Positions 1 to 10,739 of a DNA stretch of 64,000 nt are shown here, one piece after another (within the stretch, counting starts at the first letter, position 1; each line of letters starts with the position of its first letter). The notes beneath the pieces are model-generated. The model had not been told where the DNA came from. It searched no databases and was given only the letters and a program-made list of their open reading frames with translations. This DNA is from an uncultured cyanobacterium (GTDB lineage Bacteria; Cyanobacteriota; Cyanobacteriia; Cyanobacteriales; CAWCAG01), in the NCBI GenBank assembly GCA_963803805.1, contig CAWDOD010000007.1, forward strand, positions 192,001 through 256,000, given 5' to 3'. Made by a program: the position numbers and the translations under genes.

Positions 1-693
1 CGTATCAGGGTCAATGCCTAAGTCTCGAAGCTTGTCTAGGGCTTTATTCAGTTTAGCTCTAGCTTGCTCTTCTTGTAAACGAGCCTGATCCCGCTCTACT
101 CGCGCCTGATCCCGCTCCAGCAAACTTACTTCGGGTTCAGTAAATGTCTCACCATTGGGATAAAATACAGACAATCCATCCTCAAATAGTTCAAACCGAA
201 TCTGCAAAAGGGGCGATGTCCAAGGCAAATACAATGCAGTAACCAAAGTATAAACATCATTATTCTGTTGGCGTACAAAGCCCCAGAAATCCTTACGCTG
301 AATGTCGTAGTAATAGGCTTCTAAAACCCCATATTCTTCATAGAATTTCTGTTTTTCTGCCATTTCCCGACGAGTGTTGCTGGGGGAAAGAATCTCAAAC
401 ACAACTTGGGGGGCAATCTGTTCTTCCTGCCATTGTTTATAGCTACCTCGATATCCTTGGGAACGACCTAAAACCACCATCACATCTGGCGCTTGGCATG
501 GGGCAGGGGGTTCTTCCACTTCCACAGGATACCACAGCAAATCTCCTGCAACAAAGGCCACTTCATCTTTTAGTAAATGTTTGAGATTAGTAACTAGACG
601 GACAATCCATTCATACTGTTCTGTGTTGTCGGCCATAGGTTTACCGTCAGAATCAGGGTATAGTGTTAAAGGAGAACGAGGAGTTTGAACCAT
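1..693 (-). CDS. Uma2/DUF820-family PD-(D/E)XK endonuclease-like protein, 3' end runs off the window
   Basis: Manual translation from ATG at 693: MVQTPRSPLTLYPDSDGKPMADNTEQYEWI...APDVMVVLGR...PQVVFEILSPSN...FYEEYGVLEAYYYD, then a C-terminal coiled tail (ERDQAR x2, KLRDLGIDP). Absent from the ORF track because it is truncated. Confidence 0.9.
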   Translation of the reverse strand, partial: MVQTPRSPLTLYPDSDGKPMADNTEQYEWIVRLVTNLKHLLKDEVAFVAGDLLWYPVEVEEPPAPCQAPDVMVVLGRSQGYRGSYKQWQEEQIAPQVVFEILSPSNTRREMAEKQKFYEEYGVLEAYYYDIQRKDFWGFVRQQNNDVYTLVTALYLPWTSPLLQIRFELFEDGLSVFYPNGETFTEPEVSLLERDQARVERDQARLQEEQARAKLNKALDKLRDLGIDPDT

Positions 694-799
694 GAGTCCT
701 TGCAGACGACTGTTGATCGAGGGCAGTTTAGGTAAAGTTAGTTTATTATAACCCAGTGTTTGGTGGGTATGACACCCTTTCAAGAATAATGGTTGATTA

Positions 800-3466
800 T
801 TAACGCCAATTGCCTACTAAAATAAAAGGACTCCAGTAGTAAGGTTTGCGATATTCACCCTCTCTGTTTAATAAACTTAACTGAGCATTTTGTAAAGCTT
901 GTGCTTTCGTCAACCATTCTCCTGCTTCGGTTTTGCTCCCTAACTCCTGATAAAATTTCCCCATCAACATAGCAGTGGATTGATCGTTAACCGGATATAA
1001 AGAGGCAACAGCACTACGCGCCCCTGCTTGCAGTGCTACACCTGCCATACCTAATGCAGCACGTTTGTCGCCACTGGCCGTTTCACAAGCACTCAAAACT
1101 AATAGTTCTATTGCTGTGGTGTTGATTTCTGTTTGGTTTCTAATTAGGTTATCAAATTGGATTAAATTAATTTCTTCTTGGAAGGCATAAAGATAAGTTT
1201 CTTCAGGGCGAGAACTAAAAATGCCGTGGGTAGCAATATGAACTATAGAAAAGGGTTTTGTTTCTATTTGTTGTTGGAAGGTAGCTTTGGTAAAAGTGTT
1301 ATTTTTGATAATTTTACTATTTGGTCTAGATTCCTGAATTTCTATTAGTTCATCCTCAACGTAAGGCAAAGCAGAAGCACCGAGATTTTCTTCGCTAACT
1401 CCTGCTGCTAATAGTAAAGTATCTTGGTCAAGAATTTGTGTATTCTCTGGTATTTGTAAGCCTAAGCTAGAAGCTAAACTATATTTTTCAATTAAATATT
1501 TTTCTCCGTCATGAAGAGTAGCTAGAGGAATACTTCGCAGAGAACCATTTAAGACAAAGGCTAAAGTATCTACTGAATATTTTTGTAATTCTAAGTCGAT
1601 ATCTTGCAAGATCAGTTTATATAATTCTTGAAAAGATGAGGCATTATTAGCAGATTTTTTTTGTTTAATATCTGTTTGTATTTTCTCAACTAAATTATCT
1701 AATTCCTGAGCAGTAATATTAATAGTATAAGTTTTTAGTTCTGATTCTTGGGGTAGCTTAACAACAATTTCTAAACGGTTAGCAAAAATAATCGGATAAA
1801 TAACAGCTACAGGTAAGTTATCTTTGTCAACAATTTCTTGAATAGAAACGCGATCGCCATTTTGCAGTTGACAGCGTAGATAGTCTTCTAATTCCGCTAG
1901 CTGCAACTTTTCCATGACAGCAACTGCTTTTTGCAAATAAGTTTGTCTCTGATCTAAATCTTTGTTGCTGCTTTTTGCTTTTTCTGGTTGTTTAGCAGTT
2001 TGTAACAATAAGTCAGCTAATTCTCGATAAACTGGTTCAACATCATCACGAAAGTTAAATTTGAGGTCAGTATTATTGAGAGACAATAAATCTTTCCTGA
2101 CTTTATCTACTTCATTAATGGCATTTTCATAGGCTGCGATCGCACTCTCTTCTTCTCCCTTTTGACGAATAATTCTGCCTAGCTGCCACTGGGTTTGATA
2201 ACTAAGATCAGCACCATAAACTTCCTGTTTGGCTTGTTGAGTTTCAATTAGTTTGAACGCCTGTTCGGTTAATTGTTGTGCTTCAGCTAATTGTCCGTTA
2301 CTAGCATATAATTGACCTAAATATTTGAGAGCAAAAGCTTCAGAACGAGTATCTCTTAAACTGCGGGCAGATGTAACAGCATTGGTTAATAAATTAAGGG
2401 TATTTGAGTTGAATTGTTTAGCATTGGATAGTTGCATCAAACTATTAGCTAAGTTAAGCTGAGAATAGAGGCGATCGCGCCCAATATGCAAGTTATTAAT
2501 CCCCGCAATAAGTTCAGGTAATTCAGTAAGTAGTTGTCGCAATTGCTGCTCAACTTCTTGGCCAAGTTGAGTATCTTCCTTTGCTAGTTGTAGTAACCAC
2601 GGCTGGGCTTCAATGAGTAAGTTAAGATGGTTCAATTTTGCTTTGTAACTGAGGGCTAAACTAGGAGAATCGGCACTTTGTTGATAATAAATTAAAGCTT
2701 GCCCTAATTTTTCCTTAGCTTTTGTTAAATCATTAGGTATACCAAGGCGTTGATAATTATCTTGCCAGTGGGAGTAAGCTGCCCTGGCAGTATTGCCTAA
2801 ACTGAGGAGAGATTCATGATAACCGGGGGAAAAGTCAGCAGAGATAACTAAACTAGCTTGCAGTAACTCTTCTACTTGTTGCAGATAATCCTTCTCTTCA
2901 TCTCCTGGTAACAGAGGATTTTTTACCTTACCTGTAACTAACAAAAGATTCGCCATCAGCCGCAAACTTGTTGCCTTAATTTCTGAATCTTCTTGCTGCT
3001 GCCAGTACCTAAAAGCAGGAATCAGAGTATTAATTGCTTCACGATGCAACCCTAATTCTTGGAGTGCGATCGCTTGATAAACTTGACTACGATGTAAACC
3101 GGAATTATCCTTCCCTTGGGCATATTGTTCTGCTGCTAGTTGCCAACTGTATAAAGCGGCTTCAGCTTTCCCTATACCAAACTGTATTTTACCTTGAAGT
3201 TCTAACGCTTGGGCTAGCAATTGCCATTTTCGAGGAGAATCAAACTGTTGTAGTTGCGCTAAAGTATTTGCGATCGCTTCCTGGGCTAGTTGCCATTGTC
3301 CCTGTTGTTGATAAACTTGGGCTTGGGCAAGTTGTTTTTCAATTTCTTCTGTAGGTAATGCTTCAGCAACTGTAGTTCCTGTATTTGCAGGCTGAAGGGG
3401 AAAAGCTACTACAGGACAACAGATAATTATTAAGGCGAGGGACAAAGGTAGATGTAGTTTGACCAT
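800..3466 (-). CDS. TPR-repeat + CHAT (caspase-like, HetF family) protease with an N-terminal signal-like hydrophobic segment
   Basis: Helical TPR-like N-terminal region. CHAT catalytic His (HIATHG) and Cys (LSACETA), C-terminal PYYWSPFILVGNW. Confidence 0.92.
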   Translation of the reverse strand: MVKLHLPLSLALIIICCPVVAFPLQPANTGTTVAEALPTEEIEKQLAQAQVYQQQGQWQLAQEAIANTLAQLQQFDSPRKWQLLAQALELQGKIQFGIGKAEAALYSWQLAAEQYAQGKDNSGLHRSQVYQAIALQELGLHREAINTLIPAFRYWQQQEDSEIKATSLRLMANLLLVTGKVKNPLLPGDEEKDYLQQVEELLQASLVISADFSPGYHESLLSLGNTARAAYSHWQDNYQRLGIPNDLTKAKEKLGQALIYYQQSADSPSLALSYKAKLNHLNLLIEAQPWLLQLAKEDTQLGQEVEQQLRQLLTELPELIAGINNLHIGRDRLYSQLNLANSLMQLSNAKQFNSNTLNLLTNAVTSARSLRDTRSEAFALKYLGQLYASNGQLAEAQQLTEQAFKLIETQQAKQEVYGADLSYQTQWQLGRIIRQKGEEESAIAAYENAINEVDKVRKDLLSLNNTDLKFNFRDDVEPVYRELADLLLQTAKQPEKAKSSNKDLDQRQTYLQKAVAVMEKLQLAELEDYLRCQLQNGDRVSIQEIVDKDNLPVAVIYPIIFANRLEIVVKLPQESELKTYTINITAQELDNLVEKIQTDIKQKKSANNASSFQELYKLILQDIDLELQKYSVDTLAFVLNGSLRSIPLATLHDGEKYLIEKYSLASSLGLQIPENTQILDQDTLLLAAGVSEENLGASALPYVEDELIEIQESRPNSKIIKNNTFTKATFQQQIETKPFSIVHIATHGIFSSRPEETYLYAFQEEINLIQFDNLIRNQTEINTTAIELLVLSACETASGDKRAALGMAGVALQAGARSAVASLYPVNDQSTAMLMGKFYQELGSKTEAGEWLTKAQALQNAQLSLLNREGEYRKPYYWSPFILVGNWR

Positions 3467-3496
3467 TGTGATTTGTTCAACTAGTACTCTACCCTC

Positions 3497-3546
3497 TTCT
3501 CTTGTTGTAGTGAGAGATTTTATGCGAAAGAGAAGAATTGTTTACA
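3497..3546 (-). promoter_or_regulatory. Shared upstream motif, copy 1 (TGTAAA-N15-GCATAA-N18-GAGAA), before the CHAT gene
   Basis: Plus strand reads ttctc 3497-3501, ttatgc 3520-3525, tttaca 3541-3546; 30 nt upstream of the ATG. Confidence 0.6.
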
Positions 3547-3631
3547 AAAGTTGACCAAACAACAGACTTTTACCAGTGGAAGCCTGTACAATGCTCCTTG
3601 ATATATTTTTAAGTGTATCTACTAGATAAAT

Positions 3632-5359
3632 ATGAAATCTTGCCTCGTAGCTAAGTATTTCCTCTCCTATTCGTTTTGTTTGCTATTAACTGGATGGTTT
3701 ACCACTACCCTTAGTCTTGCCCAAAACCCACCACCACCAGAAATAGAACCTCCTTCTACCCGTCCTCAACCTTTGGAATCACCACAAAAGCTGCCTCCAC
3801 CGGAAGACTTGTTACCTCCTTTACCTACTCCTACCCCACCAGACAATCCATCTCTCCCGACAGTTGAAACCTTTGAAGTTAAGGAAATTCAAGTAGAGGG
3901 TAGCACATTATTCACCGAAGCAGAGTTAAAGGAAATCATCGCCCCCTTCCTCAACAAATCCCTATCTCTGCCTGAACTTCAGCAGGTAGCATTAGCTGTA
4001 GAGAAATATTACCTTGAGCAAGGATATCTTACTTCGGGGGCTTATGTTTCCCGGTTCGACATTGGGGAAGGCATCTTAACTATTCAAGTAGTAGAAGGGG
4101 GCATAGAAAAGATTAGAATCACTGGTACAAAAAGACTCAATCCTAGCTATATTCGTAGTCGTCTTGCGATCGCTACCACAACTCCCCTCAACAAAGAAAG
4201 ACTCTTAGAAGCTTTGCAACTCTTGCGTAGTGATCCTTTGATTGATAGGATCAGGGCTGATTTATTGGATAGTTCCCGCCTCGGACAAAGTATTCTGGAA
4301 ATTAAAATAACCGAAGCTGATAGTTTTCGCACCGACTTTAGTTACAATAACCAGCGTTCCCCTAGTGTAGGGACTAATCGTTTAGGTTTGAGTTTCAATG
4401 AAGGGAATTTACTAGGATTAGGAGATTCCCTACGCCTAGGCTACTACCACAGCGAAGGCAGCGACAGTTTAGATTTTGGTTATGAATTACCTATTAATCC
4501 CCGTAATGGCAGCATTAGCTTTGCCCATGGTACAACCTCAAGTCAGGTAATCGAAGACCCCTTTGCCATCCTAAATATCGAATCAGACTCCCGCTACTAC
4601 GAAATCAGCCTACAACAACCAGTTAAACGCACACCCAGAGAAGAAATGACCCTTGGCTTAACAGCTTCACGCCAGGAAAGTGAAAGTTCTCTTTTAGGTA
4701 TTGCCATCCCTCTTGCTGTAGGGGCTGATGCCCAGGGGCGTGTCCGTGTCTCCACTTTGCGGTTTTTCCAAGAATGGGTAAAGCGTGGAGACAGGGAAGT
4801 AATAGCTTTGCGATCGCAGTTTAACTTAGGAGTAGGGGCAATGTCTGCCACAATCAACGAAGCTGAACCCGATAGTTTATTCTTCTCCTGGCGTTTGCAA
4901 GGACAGTGGCTGCGCCTACTTGCACCGGATACCTTGTTAGTAGTCAGGGGAAATGTACAACTTGCAGACCAAGCTTTACTTAGTTTAGAACAGTTCGGAA
5001 TAGGTGGGCAAAACACCGTCAGGGGTTATCGCCAAGATTTCTTACTTGCTGACAATGCTGCCACCGTTTCTGGGGAATTACGTTGGCCCATTTTACGGGT
5101 ATCTGATTGGGATAGCGTTTTACAGTTAACCCCTTTCTTTGACTTTGCCACAGTTTGGAATAATTCTAGGAATCAGGGACAACGTAGGGAATTAAATAAT
5201 CATAACTTAGCTTCTGTTGGTTTAGGTTTACGTTGGCAACAGGGGGATAATTTAGCCTTAAGTTTGGCTTGGGGTATTCCTCTGATTAGTGTCGATAGTT
5301 CAGAGAATACCTGGCAGGAACAAGGCTGGCATTTTTCGGTTATTTACAGTCCTTTTTGA
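3632..5359 (+). CDS. ShlB/FhaC/HecB-family two-partner secretion outer-membrane transporter (TpsB)
   Basis: Signal peptide, Pro-rich linker, POTRA-like YLEQGYLTSGA, VRGY motif (TVRGYRQD), C-terminal Phe. Confidence 0.92.
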   Translation: MKSCLVAKYFLSYSFCLLLTGWFTTTLSLAQNPPPPEIEPPSTRPQPLESPQKLPPPEDLLPPLPTPTPPDNPSLPTVETFEVKEIQVEGSTLFTEAELKEIIAPFLNKSLSLPELQQVALAVEKYYLEQGYLTSGAYVSRFDIGEGILTIQVVEGGIEKIRITGTKRLNPSYIRSRLAIATTTPLNKERLLEALQLLRSDPLIDRIRADLLDSSRLGQSILEIKITEADSFRTDFSYNNQRSPSVGTNRLGLSFNEGNLLGLGDSLRLGYYHSEGSDSLDFGYELPINPRNGSISFAHGTTSSQVIEDPFAILNIESDSRYYEISLQQPVKRTPREEMTLGLTASRQESESSLLGIAIPLAVGADAQGRVRVSTLRFFQEWVKRGDREVIALRSQFNLGVGAMSATINEAEPDSLFFSWRLQGQWLRLLAPDTLLVVRGNVQLADQALLSLEQFGIGGQNTVRGYRQDFLLADNAATVSGELRWPILRVSDWDSVLQLTPFFDFATVWNNSRNQGQRRELNNHNLASVGLGLRWQQGDNLALSLAWGIPLISVDSSENTWQEQGWHFSVIYSPF

Positions 5360-5391
5360 GAGAATTTGACTGTTTTGAGTGCGATGGCGAA

Positions 5392-5560
5392 ACCCGCCAC
5401 GGATTAAAATCCATGTCTAGCAGCCTAAGTCATCTTTAAGATGACTTCCAAACGCTGTAGTCTTCCCCAAGAAAAACTGTAACAAAACTCCTAAAAATTA
5501 ATCTCCTAGTCATCTTGAGATGACTTAAGTTGTTAGCCCCGAATTAATTCGCGGGCGGTA
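5392..5560. repeat. Palindromic dispersed REP/MITE-like element with two AGTCATCT-n-AGATGACT hairpins
   Basis: acccgccacggattaaaatcc...agtcatctttaagatgact...agtcatcttgagatgact...gccccgaattaattcgcgggcggt; a related copy lies at ~21254-21385. Confidence 0.7.
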
Positions 5561-5570
5561 TATGAACAAA

Positions 5571-5620
5571 TATTAAGATATCAGTTTCTCTGCATAAAAG
5601 TTGCCGCGTTTTCTAGAGAA
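5571..5620 (+). promoter_or_regulatory. Shared upstream motif, copy 2 (tattaa-N15-GCATAA-N18-GAGAA), before the PEP-CTERM gene
   Basis: gcataa 5592-5597, gagaa 5616-5620; upstream box degenerate; 48 nt before the ATG. Confidence 0.55.
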
Positions 5621-5668
5621 GAAACTAGAAACCCATATTTTAATTTACATGAAAGGGAAGCTTCTACT

Positions 5669-7014
5669 ATGAGATTTAAGCACATTGCTTCTTATCTTAG
5701 CTACAGCGTGCTAACACTTGGTATTTGTTCTCTACCAATTCAAACTGCCCAAGCAGGAACTATTCATAACAATTGGAACTATGTTATAGATTCGCCCAGC
5801 GACGGTACAGAAAGAACAGGGTTTGGATTTAACCCTACTCCTTATCGAGTTGGGGGTTCAGATAACCCCTTTGAAATGTATGGTATGTCCTTGTTGGATT
5901 TAGGCGATCGCGTCACAGTTGCCATAACAGGTAATATGCCTTTAGGAGGGGTTGATGATCCTTGGGGATATGTCAATGACGGTAATACAGCCTGGGGAGA
6001 TTTATTTTTCAACTTTACCGGAGAAGATATTCCTACTGCTAACACACGGGAGAACCTATTTGCTGTTCGCTTTGCAGCTAATAACGAAGCCGGAGTTAGC
6101 GAACTCGGAGTTTACAAAGATATAACTCTCAAAAATGTTGCTTCAATCAACGATGGCTGGCCTACTGTTGATAGATATATCAATGCTGTTGAGGCAAAAG
6201 GCAGTGATCCTTCAATGGGAGATATAGATATAAGAAGTGGCTATTTCGGTGAAGAAAGTTACAACGTAATTGACTCTGGTACAAAAGTAGGTGATGTTGA
6301 ACTCCTTGACTTGCCAGCTTTAACTGCATTAGGGTTAGACTTTGAAAATTTTGATGCTGCTGGTTCAGAAACCTTTGGTTTTAGTTTCGCTAAACCAGAA
6401 GGCTTTATCGGCAGTTTCATCAGCCACATCGTCACAGAATGTTTCAATGATGGAGTTGCCCTCAAAGGTGCTTTAACCCTTGGAGGCCCTGTTCTTCCTG
6501 GCCCAACTCCTGAACCTTGCGTAGTCACAGACGGACAAAAAAATCCTCTGCTACCCAGCTTTATTGATGATGAAGGGTGGGCTGTATTTGAAAATGTAGA
6601 AAGTGGTCTGTGGTATGACCCTGTTGCAGAAATGGGTTTTGAGTTTCAGGCACTAGGGGAAACCCGATTTACTGTGATAGAAGACTTCCCTTGTGGTATT
6701 TCCGAAGATGATACCTTTGATGTTTATGTAGGTTCCAAACCCTATAGGGATCTTGGCCTGATAAAAGCTTAGTTTTTGACTTCCCAGTTAAAGAATTTAA
6801 GATTACTTTTCCCCTTGAAGGTGATTACGGGCGGGAGACTTTCCCTGTGAAACTTGACTTTGCCACTGCAACAGGAACTTTTAGAATGCGTCAAATCCCA
6901 CCACCACCGACTCCTCCTGAACCAGAAAAAATACCTGAACCTGATTCTGTAATGGCAATTCTAGCTTTAAGCCTTTCCGGACTCATTTGGCGATTGAGTC
7001 GCAAGAAAGTTTAG
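5669..7014 (+). CDS. PEP-CTERM (exosortase-sorted) surface protein, with a one-base frameshift near 6757
   Basis: ORF 5669-6772 has a signal peptide (AQA-G). A different frame from ~6758 reads PDKSLVFDFPVKEF...PPPTPPEPEKIPEPDSVMAILALSLSGLIWRLSRKKV*, i.e. PEP motif + TM helix + basic tail, stop at 7012-7014. Confidence 0.85.
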
Positions 7015-7045
7015 GATTTTAGGTTTGTTGCATTTTAATTAGCGG

Positions 7046-7077
7046 AGGGAGATAGCTTGTAAGTTGGCTATCTCCCT
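7046..7077. terminator. Hairpin between convergent genes, likely a bidirectional terminator
   Basis: agggagatagc-ttgtaagttg-gctatctccct, an 11-bp perfect stem. Confidence 0.65.
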
Positions 7078-7094
7078 ATTAATTGTGTTTTCTA

Positions 7095-10000
7095 TCAATC
7101 GTTTCTCAACAAACAACTAGCAAAAGCCTGAGAAGTCAGTATAATTTCACCATCCGGTAATTCAAACCAACCTTGCACTTCTTGAATCGATTGATCTGAA
7201 TGAGATTGCTGTGTATCACTTAATGATGTAACCGATGTATTCAGACTATCAATACTACTACTCAATGGATCAGAAGGGTTAGAAGGTAAACCAGCCCTGC
7301 CGATGTCGATAAAGACAGAATTTTTCTCTCCATTACTTCCTACAGCACAACCTTCAGGTAAACCTTCATCTAAAAAACGATCATCTAAGGGATTAAGGCG
7401 CAGATTGTCATTAACATTGATCTCAACAGTACCATCAATTCCTAACTCAGAACTAGCAGTAAAATCGCTTTCAGAGGTGTTAACCTTTTCAAAGAGTCTA
7501 AAACCAAAAATCCCTTTTGCTGTAGCAGTAATATTACCACCTTGACCTTGTAAAGAACTGGCAATAATATCACTATCTTCTGCAAGAATCGCAACAATAA
7601 AGTCACCAACTCTCAGGGTCATATTACCACCGCTACCTGTACCATTCGCATTGGTCAAAATATCGCTATCCTGGCGCAGAATCACTGATTTATCTACAAA
7701 AAGTTGAATGTTACCGCCATTAGCATTAATTGTTTCTGTTGTCAGCCTTGCACCGTTGGTCATATTAACAGATTCTGCATTGACTAGTATGTCCCCTGCA
7801 TTACCTGAGTTGTTACCACTAAGATTAACTTGCCCACCATTTTCTATGTTTAACAGCTTTGTATTAATTTCAATACCTTGGGCATTACCAGAACCAGAAG
7901 AAGCAAAGACAAGACGACTAGCTTGACCACTATTGGCTACACCACTTACTTTCACTAAGTCTGAAGCATTAACAACTAAAGTTCCGCCTTGACCATCGCT
8001 AACAGTGGATGCGGATACTTCCCCTCCATCTTCAACCAGTAATTGACTGGTGTTAATGACAAAATTACCTGCATTGCCACCACCAAAAGTATCTGATGAT
8101 AAACCACTTCTAACCTGACCATTAGGGGTAGTACCTACAACTTTTACAAACTCTGAAGCATTAATAACAACATTTCCAGCTTGTCCTTGTCCTGATGTCG
8201 AGGCAAAAATCCTTGCACCTTCTTGAAGGGTTAATTGCTTAGTATTAACTGTTAAATTTCCGGCATTTCCTGTACTTGTTGCCCCTAAAAATATGCCGCT
8301 AAAGTTAGCATTGTTAACTGGATTAAAATCGTTACCGATCAAAGTAGCTGACTCGCTGGCATTAACAGTTATTGTCCCCCCTGTTCCTGTACCTTGACTA
8401 AAAGCAGAAACGAAAGAACCATTTTCTAGTTGCAAAGTCTTAGCTTGCATATCAATAACTCCTGCATTGCCATCACCGTTAGTGTTGACGAAAATAAAGC
8501 CTCTGTTTAAAGATATACCTTGTTCTGCGGTTAGAGTAATTTGTCCTGAATCTCCGTTACTGCCTAGGCTATTCATGTCAGCAATGTCACTATTAGCATA
8601 AATACCAGAAGTGTTTTCAATATTAATTTCTTGAGCATCAACACTGATATTTCCTGCTGTTGCTGTACCGATTATTGCCGTTGTACCAGCAGTCCTTGCA
8701 GATAATTCTGCACCATTTTGCAAGGTAAAACTGCCACCACTACTAAGATTAATATCACCTCCTTTCAGAGTAGATGTGTCTGTATAACTCTCATTAAAAA
8801 TTCCTTGAGATAATACCAAAGGCGCGTCGCTGTGGACTCGGACATTGCCTCCCAGTAATCCTCTAGCAAGAATCTCTGCATTAGTAGTAAGTGTTCCTGT
8901 TCCTAAGATAGTTACATCGCCACCATTACCACCGTAAGTATTAAGTGGTAAACCTCCTCCTATATTTTGATCAAGGGCAGAAGCATTTATACCACCTTGC
9001 AAAGTTGTATCTCCCCGTGAATCAATCTGTATAGAACCCCCTCCCTGTACTTCTCTAGTATCTATAACTCCATTAACTGCAATTCCTCCCGGTAAGCTAT
9101 TAGGAAAGAATTGATTTGTTAAAACGACTCTACCTCCGTCACTACCAGCAAACCCAAAAGCAGTAACAATTTCTCCCGTGGTAATATTGGCATTTGCTAG
9201 AGGTGTAGAAAATCTAGGCGGTGGGTTAGCAGTAAAGAAAGAATTACCATCAATTACACTGTTGTCAGGAGTAGGAATCCCCCCTAAAGCGTTCCAATCA
9301 ATGCCTGCCCGTATGTCTAAGGTTGGTCTAGCATTACCATTAATCGTCGGGACTGCTGTACCATCTGATAAATTAAAGTTTGCTAAATCACTATAGGTTG
9401 TAGTTGCGTTAATATTGTTTGTATTTCCAGGGTTAATAGAGTTATTTCCTGTTTCTAAATTATCAATTAATACATCGCCTAAAGCGACGCTACCTCCAGC
9501 TAGAATATGCAAAGAAGCACCCTGATAATCCCCTAAAATCACATCCCCAGAAGTAATAATTATTGGATCATCAGGACTAAATAAATCTCCTAAACTCCCA
9601 TCTAATTTCTCCACACGAAAATTCCCCCCACTCCAATAATGGGCATCACCACCCACTGCATTACCAGAACGCAAAGTTAAATCTCCCCCAGCAAACAAAC
9701 CACTATCAGGATGATTCAGGGCAAAAATATCCACTTTCTCATCACCCTGGACCAACAACTCTCCTCCCGCAGCAGCTACAAAAGGGTTAGTAACACTATC
9801 CCTAATCTTCACTTCGTTTGTCGCCACTAAGTTAACATCACCGCCACCTTGTACTTCACCAGTTAAATCTAAATTCCGTCCTACCAAGGTTAAATCTTGC
9901 CCCACAAGTAACTTACCTCGGTTAACAATTTCCGCACGGGGAACATTGTTTCCATACTGCAAACCAGGACGTATATTAACTGTTAAAAGAGGAGGTGCAT

Positions 10001-10463
10001 CGGGATTAGTAGCACTAAATTCTCTCCCATTTTCTAGCAACAAACTATCAGCAGTGCTAACGAAAAAAGACCCAGCAATATCTAAACGGGCATTTTCGCC
10101 AAAGAAGACACCGTTAGGATTAATTAAGAATAAATTTGCCGTACCGTCAACCCCTAAAGTACCTAATATTTCTGAGGGATTGTTACCAGTTACGCGGGTT
10201 AATATATTGTTGATTGCTGCTGGATTTTCAAAGTAAACCCGTTGCAATTCCCCGACATTAAACTGACTGAAACTGTGAAAAAGATTAGTACCACGAATAG
10301 CGCCGCCAGTGATTAATTCTCCTGGTAGGCCCTTGATTTGGGTATTGTTGATGATTTGGGAGTTTTCTTGTCCCAAGGTTGCATCAGGGGTGATTTGGGC
10401 TTGCAGAGGAGAAGCAGAGAAGAGGGTTGTAGTGAGTAGTAATAAGGTGGTTAGTTTGGACAT
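7095..10463 (-). CDS. Filamentous-haemagglutinin-family TpsA exoprotein (cyanobacterial type)
   Basis: Signal peptide + AQITPD; TPS domain NLFHSFSQF / NLFLINPNG; G/N-rich beta-helix repeats (GNAGNL, GQGGTL); C-terminal IGRAGLPSNP...IQEVQGW. Confidence 0.92.
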   Translation of the reverse strand: MSKLTTLLLLTTTLFSASPLQAQITPDATLGQENSQIINNTQIKGLPGELITGGAIRGTNLFHSFSQFNVGELQRVYFENPAAINNILTRVTGNNPSEILGTLGVDGTANLFLINPNGVFFGENARLDIAGSFFVSTADSLLLENGREFSATNPDAPPLLTVNIRPGLQYGNNVPRAEIVNRGKLLVGQDLTLVGRNLDLTGEVQGGGDVNLVATNEVKIRDSVTNPFVAAAGGELLVQGDEKVDIFALNHPDSGLFAGGDLTLRSGNAVGGDAHYWSGGNFRVEKLDGSLGDLFSPDDPIIITSGDVILGDYQGASLHILAGGSVALGDVLIDNLETGNNSINPGNTNNINATTTYSDLANFNLSDGTAVPTINGNARPTLDIRAGIDWNALGGIPTPDNSVIDGNSFFTANPPPRFSTPLANANITTGEIVTAFGFAGSDGGRVVLTNQFFPNSLPGGIAVNGVIDTREVQGGGSIQIDSRGDTTLQGGINASALDQNIGGGLPLNTYGGNGGDVTILGTGTLTTNAEILARGLLGGNVRVHSDAPLVLSQGIFNESYTDTSTLKGGDINLSSGGSFTLQNGAELSARTAGTTAIIGTATAGNISVDAQEINIENTSGIYANSDIADMNSLGSNGDSGQITLTAEQGISLNRGFIFVNTNGDGNAGVIDMQAKTLQLENGSFVSAFSQGTGTGGTITVNASESATLIGNDFNPVNNANFSGIFLGATSTGNAGNLTVNTKQLTLQEGARIFASTSGQGQAGNVVINASEFVKVVGTTPNGQVRSGLSSDTFGGGNAGNFVINTSQLLVEDGGEVSASTVSDGQGGTLVVNASDLVKVSGVANSGQASRLVFASSGSGNAQGIEINTKLLNIENGGQVNLSGNNSGNAGDILVNAESVNMTNGARLTTETINANGGNIQLFVDKSVILRQDSDILTNANGTGSGGNMTLRVGDFIVAILAEDSDIIASSLQGQGGNITATAKGIFGFRLFEKVNTSESDFTASSELGIDGTVEINVNDNLRLNPLDDRFLDEGLPEGCAVGSNGEKNSVFIDIGRAGLPSNPSDPLSSSIDSLNTSVTSLSDTQQSHSDQSIQEVQGWFELPDGEIILTSQAFASCLLRND

Positions 10464-10506
10464 GGTAGAGTTTTTCTATGAAGATTAGTTGAAATGAAAT
10501 TATGCT

Positions 10507-10739
10507 GTAGGGACGGCCTGCTTGCGTTATTTTTGTACCTCACAAACCGATAAGATTGGGTGATCTTTTCGGGGATTATTGGTGGGGAGGGGGACGTGTA
10601 GGGGCGACCCGCCTACGTTGTTTTTGTACCTCACAAACCAATAAAATTGGGTCGCCCTTTCGGGGTTTATGGGTAGGGAGGGCGACCCAAGATGATTTGT
10701 TTTTGGGTTGCCAAAGTTATGTCAACGGGTCGCCCCTAC
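10507..10739. repeat. REP elements left of RAYT (one degenerate partial unit + one full ~142-bp unit)
   Basis: GTAGGGGCGACCCG at 10598-10611 paired with CGGGTCGCCCCTAC at 10726-10739; internal TTGGGTCGCCCT/AGGGCGACCCAA palindrome. Confidence 0.85.

Noticed and set aside
10474-10505. Fifth copy of the GCATAA/GAGAA motif upstream of TpsA
   Set aside because: Only GCATAA matches; the second box is TAGAA at 21-nt spacing, and ttatgctgtag is part of the REP flank (repeated at ~11296).
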